Source of the DNA: Eledone cirrhosa | Taxonomy: Eukaryota | Assembly (NCBI GenBank): GCA_964016885.1 | Contig: OZ024744.1 | Location: 66,960,001 to 67,024,000 of the forward strand | DNA length: 64,000 nt | Reading direction: 5' to 3' | Shown here: positions 14,406-27,809 of the stretch, piece after piece | Layout of the letters: the number at the start of each line of letters is the position of its first letter | Numbering within the stretch: the stretch's first letter is position 1 | Notes under the pieces: generated by a model | Databases searched by the model: none | What the model was told of the DNA's origin: nothing | What the model saw: only the letters and a program-made list of their open reading frames with translations | Program-made: the position numbers and the translations under genes

Positions 14406-15548
14406 ATGCCAAAATCTGAGTTCAAATCTGAGTTTAGCTGTGAACTAAATAGAAAAAGAAAACAAATTATACAATTTTTTAATTTCCTTAATCTGAAAAT
14501 AGAAATAGAGAATAACCATAGAATAGTCAATTTTCTTGATGTAACACTAAATCTCAACACATGTCTTCATTATCCATTTCACAAACTAAATGAGAACTTG
14601 AATTATGTCAACTTTAACTCTAATCACCCCAGATCTGTTAAAAATACTATAGTGAACTCTGTTCAAGAACGAATTTCAAGAATTTCATCTAATAAAAATA
14701 TATTTGATGAAAAGGCACAGTATTACAACGAAGCATTAGCTAGAGCTGGATATAGAAATAAAATTAAATACATCGATAATAATAATAATAAGCAAACTAA
14801 CCAAAATAATAACAATTTCAATTACGGTAACAACTTTAACAACTATAATAGAAAACATTACAATAATTCCAAAAGCCGAAAAAGAAATAGAACTAGAAAT
14901 ATATTATGGTTTGCTCCCCCTTTCTCACTAAATATTAAAACCCCTATTGCTAAACTATTCTTTAAAGCTCTTGACACACGCTTCCCTAGAACACATAAAT
15001 ATCACTCAATTTTTAATAGACACACTATAAAATTAACTTACTCGTCCACCAAAATTTTAGCACAAAATATTAATAGAATTAATAATAAGAATTTAAAACC
15101 TAACCAAAATACCAATAATAACCCTAACAATATTCAATTAAATAACTGCAACTGTAGAAATAAATCTAATTGTCCGTTAAGTAACAACTCCTTAGCTAAA
15201 AATGTAGTGTACAATTGTAATGTTAAAACTAATTTAAATTCATTTAACTATGTTGGTTCCACCTCTACAGAATTTAAATTTCGCTTCAATAATCATAAGA
15301 ATTCTTTCACAGATCCAAACAAAAAATCTTCAACTTCGCTATCTAGCCTACTATGGGACCTGAAACGAGATAATATTAAATATTCGATGAATTGGAATAT
15401 TATTTCTAAAGCTACTCCTTTTAATTCCTCTTCAAAAAATTGTGATCTTTGTATTGAAGAAATATTCTTTATATTAAAGTCCAAAAATTCCCTTAATCTG
15501 AGGAACAATTTATTCAGTTGCTGCAGACAGATTGAACTCAACGTTTAA
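14406..15548 (+). CDS. Penelope-like element, 5'-truncated: RT thumb + Cys linker + GIY-YIG endonuclease (probably Naiad-type)
   Basis: FLDVTLNL, YVNFNSNHP, WFAPPFS, IFNRHTIKLTYS, CNCRNKSNCPL, VVYNC..YVGSTS..RFNNH, CDLCIEE. Confidence 0.88.
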   Translation: MPKSEFKSEFSCELNRKRKQIIQFFNFLNLKIEIENNHRIVNFLDVTLNLNTCLHYPFHKLNENLNYVNFNSNHPRSVKNTIVNSVQERISRISSNKNIFDEKAQYYNEALARAGYRNKIKYIDNNNNKQTNQNNNNFNYGNNFNNYNRKHYNNSKSRKRNRTRNILWFAPPFSLNIKTPIAKLFFKALDTRFPRTHKYHSIFNRHTIKLTYSSTKILAQNINRINNKNLKPNQNTNNNPNNIQLNNCNCRNKSNCPLSNNSLAKNVVYNCNVKTNLNSFNYVGSTSTEFKFRFNNHKNSFTDPNKKSSTSLSSLLWDLKRDNIKYSMNWNIISKATPFNSSSKNCDLCIEEIFFILKSKNSLNLRNNLFSCCRQIELNV

Positions 15549-15864
15549 ATATAAATATAAATTTAAAATGTAGTATAATTAATTAAGTAATTTTAGTTAA
15601 TATATAGAACCTGTCGATAATCCATTAGATTCCTTCACCTTTTTCTTTTTAAACTTTCTTCCTAAATATAAACATGGATATAATAAACTACTCTAAAATG
15701 TCTATACTTCCAATGTATTAAATAAAATATACGTAAGGTAAATTTCTATATTAAATATATGGTTATCTGTAGAATCATTGGGTTTTTTAAATTTTTTAAA
15801 TCTTTTAAATTATTTTTACTTGTTTTGATTATGATAGCTTCTCATAACTTTCACAAGTCTACCC

Positions 15865-16776
15865 TTGTTGAACGTATATACTTACCTAATGCATATTAAC
15901 GGCTGAGTAGCCCAATTTGCATATGGAGTGGGTTAATCGGCCGGGTGCACCGAAAACGATAAACGGAAAAAAATGAAACGAAATTTCATTTCCCACTCTT
16001 AGTACGGCTGTTACTTAAATATAAGTATGTACACGTACATACATATATGTATACAGACGTACAGTAGTATGTATATATATATACATACATGCACACATAT
16101 ATATATGTACGTATGGATTCACAGAACATTTATTATAATGCTCGGTGTGTTTGTAAACAAACATCCCGTATTAAGCCGTAGTGTCCAGCAACCATCGTTG
16201 CTCGTTTGTTCAACACTGACAAAGGAACGCTGTACTAGTTTCAAGCTTATTAGCTATCGGCAGCAACGTATACCTTCCTGCCAGATTGTTTAACATATAT
16301 ACTTACCTAATGCATATTAACGGCTGAAATGAAATTTCGTTTCATTTTTTTCCGTTTATCGTTTTCGGTGCACCTGGCCGATTAACCCACTCGATATGCA
16401 AATTGGGCTACTCAGCCGTTAATATGCATTAGGTAAGTATATACGTTCAACAATCTGGCAGGAAGGTATACGTTGATGACGATAGCTAATAAGCTTGAAA
16501 CTAGTACAGCGTTCCTTTGTCAGTGTTGAACAAACGAGCAACGATGGTTGCTAGACACTACGGCTTAATACGGGATGTTTGTTTACAAACACACCGAGCA
16601 TTATAATAAATGTTCGGTGAGTCCATAAGTACATATATATATGTGTGCATGTATGTATATATATATATACATACTACTGTACGTCTGTATACATATATGT
16701 ATGTACGTGTACATACTTATATTTAAGTAACAGCCGTATTAGGGGTGGGAAATTAAATTTCGTTTCATTTTTTTCC

Positions 16777-16781
<5 letters not shown>
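15865..16781. mobile_element. Family E: two inverted, circularly permuted ~1.1-mers of a ~421-nt HHR monomer
   Basis: Terminal redundancy 15865/16286 and 16332/16755; inversion junction near 16327; HHRs at 16228-16268 (minus) and 16471-16511 (plus). Confidence 0.82.
16471..16511 (+). ncRNA. Minimal hammerhead (family E) with one core substitution
   Basis: CGUUG AUGACGA UAGCU AAUA AGCUU GAAAC UA GUA CAGCG; the opposite arm has CUGCCGA, so the consensus is CUGACGA. Confidence 0.7.
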
Positions 16782-16826
<45 letters not shown>

Positions 16827-16889
16827 GCGGTTTCAGCAACGACATGATCTGTACATTTTCTATTCAAATTTTTCTCTAATTCCAAAATT

Positions 16890-16986
16890 CCCCCCTGAAG
16901 ACGGAATAAATTATTCCAATATTGGTTGTTTCAATGTATTGAAGTAATTAATATTGTTTCTTAATTCCAGAAACCGTGGTTGGGGA
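16890..16986 (+). ncRNA. Type I hammerhead (family F) with long stem II, in a ~320-nt unit between (TA)n tracts
   Basis: CCCC CUGAAGA C GGAAU..(~55 nt)..AUUCC A GAAAC CGUG GUU GGGG. Confidence 0.75.
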
Positions 16987-17150
16987 CACTATATGAGTAA
17001 AACTGACTTATTTTAGATTGTCTAGCTTATATTCCCCAAATAGAGATTTTGATTTCAGTCTATGTTTAATTACTTCTCTGAGTTGATAGTTTATCTTCAT
17101 ATTTTATCTTTCCATTGAGATGTTTAATATTAGAGACGAATAACATTCTA

Positions 17151-17279
<129 letters not shown>

Positions 17280-17321
17280 ATTTATATATATATATATGTG
17301 TGTGTGTATATATATATATAT

Positions 17322-17510
17322 ATTTATTAAAATAATTGATTAAAGTTTAAGCAAAGAATCGGTGCTTTCACCCTTAAGGGTGAAAGCAGCGATTATATAC
17401 ATATATACATATATATATGCATATATATATACATATATATATCAGAAGATCCCGTTAAGGGTGAAAGCAGCGATTCTTTGCTTAAACTTTAATCTGTTAT
17501 TTTAATAAAT
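17322..17510. mobile_element. Short palindromic fragments of family G pLTR in (TA)n
   Basis: Fold-back centred on CCCTTAAGGG (17371-17380) plus a plus-strand copy from CAGAAGA at 17443; matches 37251-37318 and 41143-41215. Confidence 0.72.
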
Positions 17511-17602
17511 ATATATACATATATATATATACATATATATATAAATATATATATACATATATCTATACATTTATGTATATATATATACACATATATATAT
17601 AT

Positions 17603-17633
<31 letters not shown>

Positions 17634-17636
17634 CAC

Positions 17637-17668
<32 letters not shown>

Positions 17669-17796
17669 ATGTAGGAAGTGAGTTTTATTGTAGTACAATA
17701 AAGCAATGCAGATATCGGATAAGTAGCACTCTACAGTTTGTAGGACTGGAGTATAAATAATATATAAGATCAAAAGATGGTTAAAAGAGTTCCATG

Positions 17797-17867
17797 TATT
17801 TTATTATGCGCATTTCAAAAACAAATATCATCATGCGATAACATTTGCGTTTTCGTCAGATAAAATA
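17797..17867 (-). ncRNA. Type I hammerhead (family H, minus arm)
   Basis: UAUUUUAU CUGACGA AAACGCAAAUGUUA..UGAUAUUUGUUUUU GAAAU GCGC AUA AUAAAAUA. Confidence 0.83.
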
Positions 17868-17994
17868 GGGAGACATGATATGAAGGTTAAAAAACACTTG
17901 TGAATAGTGCAGTTTTAAATCAACATATCTTGAATATGTTGATTTAAAACTGCACTATTCGCAAGTGTGTTTGAAACTTCATATCATGTCTCCC

Positions 17995-18065
17995 TATTTT
18001 ATCTGACGAAAACGCAAATGTTAATGCATGATGATATTTGTTTTTGAAATGCGCATAATAAAATA
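17995..18065 (+). ncRNA. Type I hammerhead (family H, plus arm)
   Basis: Same motif with 8-bp stem I and palindromic stem III AUGCGCAU. Confidence 0.85.
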
Positions 18066-18083
18066 CATGGAACTCTTTTAACC

Positions 18084-18157
<74 letters not shown>

Positions 18158-18200
18158 TACATATATATTAATAAATGTAATCTGAGTTTTTCGAATATTA

Positions 18201-18387
18201 ATAATTGTTTCTACTTTTGGCACAAGGCCAGCAATTATCCAGTGTATTACTGGTACTTTATTTTATCAACCCCGTAAGGATGAAAGGCAAAGTTAACCTC
18301 GGCAGGATTTGAACTCAGAATGGCAAGGGCCGTAACTCTATGCGTCAAAGCATGGCGTCCGACCCTCTACCGATACTGCCAATCCGA
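18201..18387 (-). mobile_element. SINE family 1
   Basis: Reverse complement of the family 1 consensus. Confidence 0.85.
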
Positions 18388-18487
18388 TATTCGATTAGTT
18401 CGCAATTATGCAAACAGCCTCTTTAAAGCCATGTCAGTAGAATGACCTCGTAATTATTGCTCTTGTGTTGGCATGAGAATGTGAGAG

Positions 18488-18551
<64 letters not shown>

Positions 18552-19189
18552 TGAGAGAGATTGAGAGAGAAAGAAAGAGAGAGAGAAAGAGATGTTTACG
18601 CAAATACACCCACAATCACACCCACAGACACACAGACACACAGGTACACACACAGACACACACACATGCACACAAAGACACAAACAACAAGCACGCACAG
18701 TCACACACACACAAATACGATGAATTTTGGCGTCCATTTTCAGTATTGTTAAAAATTTAATGTAAATCCTTAATACCAATGTTTATTAACGATAATTACC
18801 TTTAATACGTTTCTATTAATTATTTTCTTCCATGATTATTCAGAAACATATCTGACATTGTCACTTTCGTATTAGCCATTGATAAATATGGCCATAAATA
18901 ATATGGTAAGCAATATATGATATAATAGATATAATATAGATTATATTATAACATCTAATTATTACCACTGATCTAATTATTATGACATAATATTATTACG
19001 TTTGAAAGGAAGGAATATAATATATCAAATTATAACAACTGGATGAAATGTATTTACCAGCTTGTTCCTGCTCAAATGTAAAAGGTAAGAAGAAAATAAT
19101 CATTCTTTCTCCACTACCTTTTGTCCTTGTATTATTGATGTTTTCTCTATGTGCACTTAAATTACTGGGGTTGCTGTGTAAACACATAT

Positions 19190-19880
19190 GTCTTGTGAAT
19201 ACTCTACAATGCACCCTATCATGTCAACTGCTACACTTTTTCTGTGTTTGATCTATACCTCCACTCATGTTTCTTTTCATAATGTAGTTTACAGTTTTGC
19301 TTTCTGCTTATCATGCCGGCCTCAATAGACTCTTGAACTTAGCAGGAACATGTGGCATCGTATGTACTGTGCCAAGTAGGTTAGTTTTTGTTAGTATCAT
19401 AGCGCTGTTGGTCGATATAGTCAATGGGGTAGTGCTTAAGAATGATGGAATCCACTAAGGAGTGTATAAAAATTTACCTGCCAAATCGTCAGATCCCTCA
19501 AAAAAACAAAAAAAAATATGTTAGGCAAATGTGCAGCCGATGTTAGGCAAAACGGCATTGGCGATTTAACTAACACATGATTCGAAGCACGGTTGGTCAA
19601 GTAGAAGTGCACCGTGACGTACATGGAACCCGGAGCCGTGAACCGAATGAGAATGACAAAGGATGCAGTTCTCGGTTGTTGTAGTAAACATTAGAAGGTG
19701 ACCTTTCGAAGACTAGTGAAGAAGGATTCGGTACCAACGGTTGTTGAACACAGGTCAGTCAGTTCTAAGACTGTAATTAATGTCTAAAAATATATCTATC
19801 GTGTCGTTATGCATTTCAGCTCTTCTATAGAATGAATGTTTACAAATTACCAAAAGTTGGCACCAAGCCCTTTGTTTAAT
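19190..19880 (-). pseudogene. Possible very decayed piggyBac-like transposase
   Basis: Ordered, frameshifted fragments GLGANFW/VIC, TESFFTSL, NLLGTV..VPAKF, RNMSGGIDQTQKKCSS resemble piggyBac motifs. Confidence 0.4.
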
Positions 19881-20684
19881 TTCTGGAAAAAACAAACAAA
19901 CAAACACACAAACAAACAAACTTCCAGAAAATGAGAGATTAGTTAAGTTACGTATGAGAAATTGAGGAACAAGATAATAGATTAGCAATATGTTCAGTAA
20001 CTGGTATTTTCACTTGCTCTGCTTCATTTTCACAATGCAAATTAGATTCACCAATAATAAATAGAATTAGCACAAACATGGAAGCAATTCTGTCAAGAAG
20101 ATTACTAACAGACCATCACAAATCTATAGGAAAAAATGGTATTTACAGATGAATACGGTCGTTTGATGTTCACTTTCTAAGTATCGTAATATGCAAAGGA
20201 ATTTTTTTTTAATAAATACCAACCACCAATAATAGTAACATTACAGAAACAGTGGCGCTAAGAAATACTGGATTCTTATTTAGGTATGAGGCCACTAGTT
20301 TATGGTGGAAGTAAATGAGATTGTGTAATGTGCATAACTTTTTAAACAGACATTAAAAGATAATCTATTAAGCAACTATATAAGTTATGTTACGTGTTAT
20401 AATAATAGATGTGCGAACTGTAAGACGAAATGAAAGCACAAGTTTCCTGGAAAAAATACATACTTATACATATATAAACATATATATATATATATATTTA
20501 TTTATTTATTCTTATACTATAACTTAGTTGCCATATAATAATTTACAACTTGGCAGATGTGACCAAAACCATAGATGGAAGAGCTAAGCACACACACACA
20601 CGCGCGCGCGCGCGCGCACGCACACTCACACTCACGCACACACACACGAGGGGACACACACGTACAATTTTTATCTCCTCATAA

Positions 20685-20715
<31 letters not shown>

Positions 20716-20842
20716 TATATAAAATATGTATGTATAGATATAGATATACATTGAAATTTTCATATATATTTTTTTATTCGTTTCAATTTTTTTCTTTAAA
20801 AATTGTTTAATATATTTTTATAAATTCTATTTAATATTTCCT

Positions 20843-21790
20843 ACCATCACCACCACCAACAAGTCGACCGCCACCACCACCAACACCACCAACAGCTCGA
20901 CCACCACCACCACCACCACCACCACCACCACCACCACTACCACCATGACGACCACCAACACGACGACCACGACGACCACCACAACCACCACCAACACCAC
21001 CAACAGCTCGACCACCACCACCACCACCACCATGACCACCACCTCAACCACCACCACCACCACCACCACCACAACCACCACCACCACCAAGAGCTCGACC
21101 ACCACCACCACCACCAACAGCTCGACCACCACCACCACGACCACCACAACCGCCACCACCAACACCATCACCACCACCACCACTACCACCACCACCAAAA
21201 CCACCACCATCACCACCACCACCACCACAACCACAACCACCACCACCACCACCAACAACACCATCACCACCACTACTACCACCACCACCACCACCACCAC
21301 CACCACCACCACTACCACCACCACCACCAAAACCACCACCACCACCAACACCACTACCACAACCACCACCACCAACACCACCACCACCACCATCACTACT
21401 ACCACCACCACTACTACCACCACCACTACTACCACCACCACCACCACCACCACCACCACTACCACCACCACCACCAAAACCACCACCACCACCACCACCA
21501 CCAAAACCACCACCACCACCAACACCACCACCACCAACAACAACAACAATACTACCACCACCACCACTACCACCACCACTACCACCACCACCACCACCAC
21601 CACCACCACCACCACCACCAGCACCACCACTACCACCAGCACCACCACTACCACCACCACCACCACCAAAACCACCACCACCACCAACACCACCACCACC
21701 AACAACAACAACAATACTACCACCCCCACCACTACCACCACCACTACTACCACCACCACCACCACCACCACCACCACAACCACCACTAAC
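20843..21790 (+). repeat. Degenerate (ACC/ACT/AAC)n trinucleotide tract, about 950 bp
   Basis: Direct reading. Confidence 0.95.
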
Positions 21791-21974
21791 ATAGTACTGT
21801 ATATTCTATTTTATCTTAGGTTGTTATATTTATGTCTATTTCATATTTTCTTTTAACAGAAATATTCTGTAAGACAGCTTAGTGTTAGAATATAACTTTC
21901 TTGATTGTCTAGATCGAAATGCCTCGCTTTTCACTGCAATTGTTTATCTTTCATGGTTTTGTCTTTAATCTCCT

Positions 21975-22435
21975 CCCCCCCCCCCCACACTCTCTCTCAC
22001 TCCCTCGCTCTCTCTCTCACTCTCTCTCTCCCACTCTCAGTTTCGATCTTTCTCTCTCTCTCTCATTCTCTTTCCTATTCTCTCTCTCTTTCAGTTCCTC
22101 TCACATTCTCCTTTTCCTTCATTCTCTTTCTTATTCTATCTCTCTCTCATTCTCTTTCTTATTCTCTTTCTCTCCTCTCATTCTCCTTTTCTTTCTTTCT
22201 CACTTACACAAACACTGTCTTACTTTCTCTGTCTCTCTTACTCTCTTTCACTCACTCGCTCTCTCCTCTTTCATTTTCTCTCTCACTGAGACACACACAC
22301 ACACACGCGCCCCCCTCTCTCTCTATCTCCTTCTCTCTCTCTTTCCCTCTTTATCTTTCTCTCATTCTCCTCCTCTTTCTCTTTCTCTCTATCTCTCATA
22401 TTCTCCTTCTCTTGCTCTCTCACACACGGACATAC

Positions 22436-22510
<75 letters not shown>

Positions 22511-22585
22511 CGCTCTCATTTTCCTTCCTATCTTTCACTCTCACACTCTCTCTCTCTCCCTCCCTCACTCTCTCTCTCACTTTCT
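21975..22585 (+). repeat. CT-rich low-complexity tract including (CTTT)n
   Basis: Direct reading. Confidence 0.9.
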
Positions 22586-22717
22586 ATGCCTCCCTCCATC
22601 AATTACCATAACCTAATCTGTATATCTATATATATATATTTTTGCTCGTTTTTGCAACAAATTATTGTAGATGGTCAGTTAAGATATCTAGCTATATATT
22701 TATCCCCACTTTCTAAG

Positions 22718-22749
<32 letters not shown>

Positions 22750-22770
22750 TGTATGTATGTATGTATGTAT

Positions 22771-25700
22771 GTTCTTCTGGTTTTATAATTTCACAAATAT
22801 TTTACCAATAGAGAGAGAGAGATTTGGTTTCTAACATAGACACAAGACTCTCTCATTGGAATTTACCCAACATCAACTAGGTAGATATGTATGCATGTCT
22901 GCGTGCATGCATGTGTAGATATGGATGTTATTGAATGTGTGGATGTGGATGTTTTCAGTTGTATGTGTGCATGTGTATATGCTTTGTATCTGTACATGTG
23001 TATATGCAGTTATTAGATGCAACATTTTTGGAATGATTTACATATTTTTACTGTTCCATTAATGGATTGTACTTGTAATTTCCTAACTAGTAGTGTTCTT
23101 TCTGTTCCTGTGAAGCCTAGCTTCTCAAGATTTGTATTGAAGCAGTTACTAACATATCCTAGTGCCCCAATAATCACAGGCATAAATCTGAAGGTGTAAT
23201 CAGGGTGGAGTATCTGCAGATTTCTCATCAGTTCTGCATAAATATTCTCCTTTTCACTAATGTTTGATATTATATTGGCATCTGCTGGGCAGCTAATTTC
23301 CACTACTGTGCATGCTTTCTTTTGCCTGTCACATACCATAATATCTGGTCTGTTATGCCTGCATTTTATTGGGGTTTTTACTGGAACATTCCACCAGTAC
23401 TCTTACATGTAATGTACATGGATGTCTTCCACATTGGTGTAGCTTTTAATGTGTTTATTATCGGGGCTATCTTTTTTACGAATTACATTGTACAGTGTTT
23501 TGACCACTACATCATGCCTCATAGGTAGATACTACCGCGATGACATCTTTGGACAGCTGCTGATGACATGGGTGATATCCTCGATGTTTTTTCTGCAGAG
23601 TCTGCACTTGTTATCACATCTAGGTGTTTTGCCTGGATCCCTATCTCGTTTGTGAATCAGGTATTTCGTGCTAATCTCCTGTTCCTGGATTGCAAAAGCG
23701 TATCCTTCAAAGTGGGAGCCAATATAGCGGTTGTTGGTCCAAGATAGACTACTTTCCTTATCTATATTGCTCTCACTCTGGAGCTTCCTGGCAACATATC
23801 CATGCATGATTTTTTGCTGATAAACATGCAGTTTTTCATCCTTGGATTCACTGCGATACTGCTGAGCGACATCCCTGGGTGTGAGTTTTTGATTATCACA
23901 CAGGGAATATCTCTCGAGGAGTTCCTTCCCAACTCTCATGATCTTATCTGTTTCATGGAGATAGACTTGCTCGAGAAACGCGCTCCTACGCTTCGAGGTT
24001 CGTAGATGTTGTCGGAGAGATATGATGCGACATTCAAATGTTGTCTGGACTGATGTTAGGCCTCTGCTTCCCTGCTTACGTTTCAAGTAAAGGCGGTCTA
24101 TGTCACTGTTGATGTGGAAGTTTCCGGTCTTTTTCAGTACTTTTTGAGTTCCAACATCAACTGCTCGGATTTCGTCTATCGAGTATTCCAAACGTTGGTG
24201 TTAGGACAGGCACAGCAAACACATTGGGAGCCACTGTTTTGTTTTGCGCAGAGAGTTCCGATGACCAGATCTTTCTTAATCGGGTGTAGTATTCCCTGGT
24301 TACGCGTTCTTTATTACAGATACCATTATAGGATATGTTCTCATCTATCCCCAGGTATCTGTTGCAGTCCTCATCAGATATCGGTGAATCAGTTAGGCCA
24401 TTGATGACAGTGTTGCTAGATTGGGCTGTTGTTTTTCCCCGCTTTACAGTCATGTATGAGCATTTATCTTGGCCAAACTCCATTCCTATATCCTTTGAGA
24501 ACGTTGTAACCAGGTCAAGATTTTTCTTCATCCCATCCATGTTCTTGGCATAGAGTTTCAAATCGTCCATAAAGAAATTATGTGTTAGGTTCGTATTTCT
24601 GTCCTCCTGTGAGCCAATGATGTATCCCTCACATTTCTTCAGCAGAAAGGACAAGGGGTTTAATTACAAGATGAATAATATCACAGAGAGGCTGTCCCCC
24701 TGAAATATACCCCTGCAATATTTTATTTTATCAGTGAAAATAGAGTCCTCGCTCTCTGTCTTTAACCTTAGGATAGTAGCCCAAGAAGAAGACAGCCTCT
24801 CTATGGCTCTAACAATAATGTCTGGGACTTTAGCAAGTTGGAGGGCCTCTATCATCCGAGAGTGGGGAACAGAATCGAAAGCTTTCCTGTAGTCCAGCCA
24901 GACTGTAGTCATATTCCACCTAAGTTGTCGCACCTCCGACATCGCAGTTTTCTTGATTAGGAGTTGTTCAGCATATCCCCAAACACCTTTCTTTCCAGCT
25001 GCTTGTTCATCTGTGATGATGTTATTATTTTCACAGTGATCTTGGAGGAATAGGTTCAGGCAGACTGTATACATCTTATACATCAGGTTCTGGCATGCAA
25101 TGGGTCGGTAGTTTTTTGCCAAGTGGATGTCTTTGTTCTTGGGGACCAGTAATGTTTGTGCTAATGTCAACCATTCTGGTATAAGTGTATCTCCCTTAAC
25201 AACTTGTTGGTAGAGGTCAGTAAGATGCCCCCGATAGAATATCAGTTTTTTGTACCAGTAGCCGACAATCATGTCTCTTCATGGTGTTTTCTTATCTTGG
25301 AGTTTCCCTATCACAGTCTCAAGGGTACCCTCACTTATTTCGTATGTTTTTGTTGTAGTGTAGGAGCAATAGTTCTTTCGGATTTCTCTTATCCACACTG
25401 CATCTTGGTTGAAATTCTTCTTTTCACCCCATATTTTGCTCCAAAAGGAATCTATGTCTTTCTGGGATGGGGCCTCAGTGACACTTATTATTTTGCCCTT
25501 CATATCTCTATAGACTGATGTTTGGTTTCGTCTGAATCTTTTATTAAGCACTTTTCTCTCATCTACCTTTTTCAGGCATCGGCGTTTTTCGCTAACAGCT
25601 CTCAATTCTTGTTTGAGGGTGATCAGCTTATATTGGAGAGTTCTGGTTCTACTGTTACCAAACATCGTCTGTATTGTATTTTCCACTCTTTGTTGGTAAG

Positions 25701-27020
25701 GAGTGAGGTTTTGTTTGTGTTTGTTTGCATGTAAGGAGCATTGTCACATATCCTATGTTTTTTCGTAGGTCAGCAATCTTTTTTTCTACTTTAGTTATAT
25801 ATGATGGTATTTTTGGTGGTGTTTTGTTCTTGTTAATATCTCTGCTATCACCAAGATAATGCTTCACTGTCGTTGCTAGGGCATATAAACAGGCGTTGAC
25901 TTGCCAAAATATTGGGGGTTTTATCCGTCGTAAATATTCATCCCTTATTTCGTCAATAACACGTAATATTTCATTACTTGGCGGTTGATTGGCAGTATCG
26001 GTAGAGGGTCGGACGCCATGCTTTGCAGCAAAGACTTACGGCCCTTCATGGTCTGAGTTCAAATCCCGCTGAGGTTAACTTTGCCTTTCATCCTTACGGG
26101 GTCGATAAAATAAAGTACCAGTAATGCACTGGGTATTTGCTGGCCTTGTGCCAAAAGTAGAAACAATTATTTGTTTTTTTTATTAAACATTGCCGTTTTA
26201 ATACGTTCAGCAAGAGAGATATTTATACATGAGTTAATTTCTCTCTGGAAGATTTCGTTGAGGGAAATTTTCAATTGTTTATACTTTTGATTATTATCAT
26301 TATCGATAGTATTTTCCACAACAGTCGAGGTAGACTCGGATGGTACACGTGGTGTCAAATTTTTTCGATTATTATTATTATTATTATCGATAGTGTTTTC
26401 CCCAGAATTCGAGGTAGACTTAGATGGTACAGGTGGTGTCAAGTTTCTTACAGGCATAGTTGTTTCAAGGCGCTGTTCGACCTGGCTGCTAGGAAGTCTA
26501 GTTGCATGGCGACCTGTAGCACGTGTTGTTGATTCCATGTTTGTTGAGGGGGACTTACAATTAATAAGATTTATCTTATTTTTACGTTTAACAAACGTCG
26601 CTTGTTGGCGTAATTGTTTCGCTGTAAAATAATTTAGCTCTGGGTGCATTTCGTCCCAGTGTAAATCATTATTAAGTTCGCAACTCCAAGAGAAATGCGA
26701 TTTATAATTTCGATTTCTTCTGTAGCTACAATTGAATACAGTTTGATTACCTTTCTTGTTGGTTGTCTTCGGTACTTCCTTAATTTTTTTGTTGATGATG
26801 TTTTCAGCCATGCTGTTTGTAGCAAATCCTTGTAAAATGAATTATGTATTTAGTCGGATATCTCTACGAATTCGAATAAAGGGTGTCTTCAGAAGGGATA
26901 GTTAGAAGAATAACCAGTTATTCAACATGACTGTAGTTGTGACATTACTGTCGGAGATAGTATTCATCTTAAATTGAATAAATAGTCTCCCACGCCAAAA
27001 TATGCGACTGATCGCGTTGA
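22771..27020 (-). mobile_element. R4/Dong-like non-LTR retrotransposon, near full length, frameshifted (RT + CCHC + restriction-like endonuclease), flanked by (TATG)n
   Basis: NYRPIAC, WLDYRKAFDSVPH, GIFQGDSLS, FMDDLKLY, RLYLKRKQGSRGL, CRLC..HVISSC, VEISCP..KENIY..PVIIGALG; no APE domain. Confidence 0.88.
25980..26170 (+). mobile_element. SINE family 1 nested in the Dong-like element
   Basis: Family 1 consensus. Confidence 0.85.
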
Positions 27021-27132
27021 CTGTCTGTCTGTCTGTATGTATGTATGTATGTATGTATGTATGTATGTATGTATGTATGTATGTATGTATGTATGTATGT
27101 ATGTATGTATGTATGTATGTATGTGTCAATAC

Positions 27133-27292
27133 AGCACTATGTGTCAATAATTGTCACAGGTGTAGTGTTTGTACCAGAGTTTTCAAGTCGCTGGCTGGAC
27201 TAAAAAGTCACACTCGTTCAGGCGCATCGGTAGGCGTTCTCCTAGATGGATATAAAGTATTGGCCGTACTCGAAAACGAGTTGGCAGCCACC
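27133..27292 (+). mobile_element. RTE-like 3' end with C2H2 finger and (ATGT)n tail; second copy at 27623-27781
   Basis: HRCSVCTRVFKSLAGLKSHTRS; two close copies about 490 bp apart. Confidence 0.6.
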
Positions 27293-27809
27293 ATGTATAT
27301 ATATGAGTGTATGTATGTATGTATGTATGTATGTATGTATGTATGTATGTATGTATGTATGTATATATATCTGGGAGAGATGACCCCTTAGCCTTTGTCA
27401 AGGCAGAATTCTAGGAGAAGGAAAACTCTGATATAACACCTGCAACCCTGATGGTATCCAATGATGTTGACTTGTTCTTCTTTTTGGTGAATATCATCTT
27501 GGTTAAGAGAGTGGGACTGGCTTTCTGTAGTGCCTTTGCTCACTATAAAAGCTTCACGGCACAGGCATTGCTTTATATCTGGAGATCTCTCTGCACTTGT
27601 CGTCACATGGTACCATGGGCCCAGCACTATGTGTCAATAATTGTCACAAGTGTAGCGTTTTTACCAGAGTTTTCAAGTCGCTGGCTGGACTAAAAATCGC
27701 ACTCGTTCAGCGCATCGGTAAGGTTTCTCCTACATGGATATAAAGTAGTAGCCGTACTCGAAAACGAGTTGGCAGCCACCATGTATGTATCTATGTATGT
27801 ATGTATGAT

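Larger units (their letters stand above)
17672..18090. mobile_element. Palindromic HHR element, family H, with intact HHRs on both strands
   Basis: Near-perfect inverted repeat 17772-18090 centred near 17931; probable extension to 17672; (TA)n flanks. Confidence 0.85.

Noticed and set aside
20827-21856. 303-aa poly-Thr and 321-aa poly-Val ORFs as a mucin-like exon
   Set aside because: Stop-free only because of the (ACN)n repeat; no signal peptide, domain or convincing splice context. Not excluded without RNA data, but unsupported.
26930-27025. HDV-like ribozyme at the 5' end of the Dong-like element
   Set aside because: One hairpin is visible but the nested double pseudoknot could not be built by eye; needs a descriptor search.
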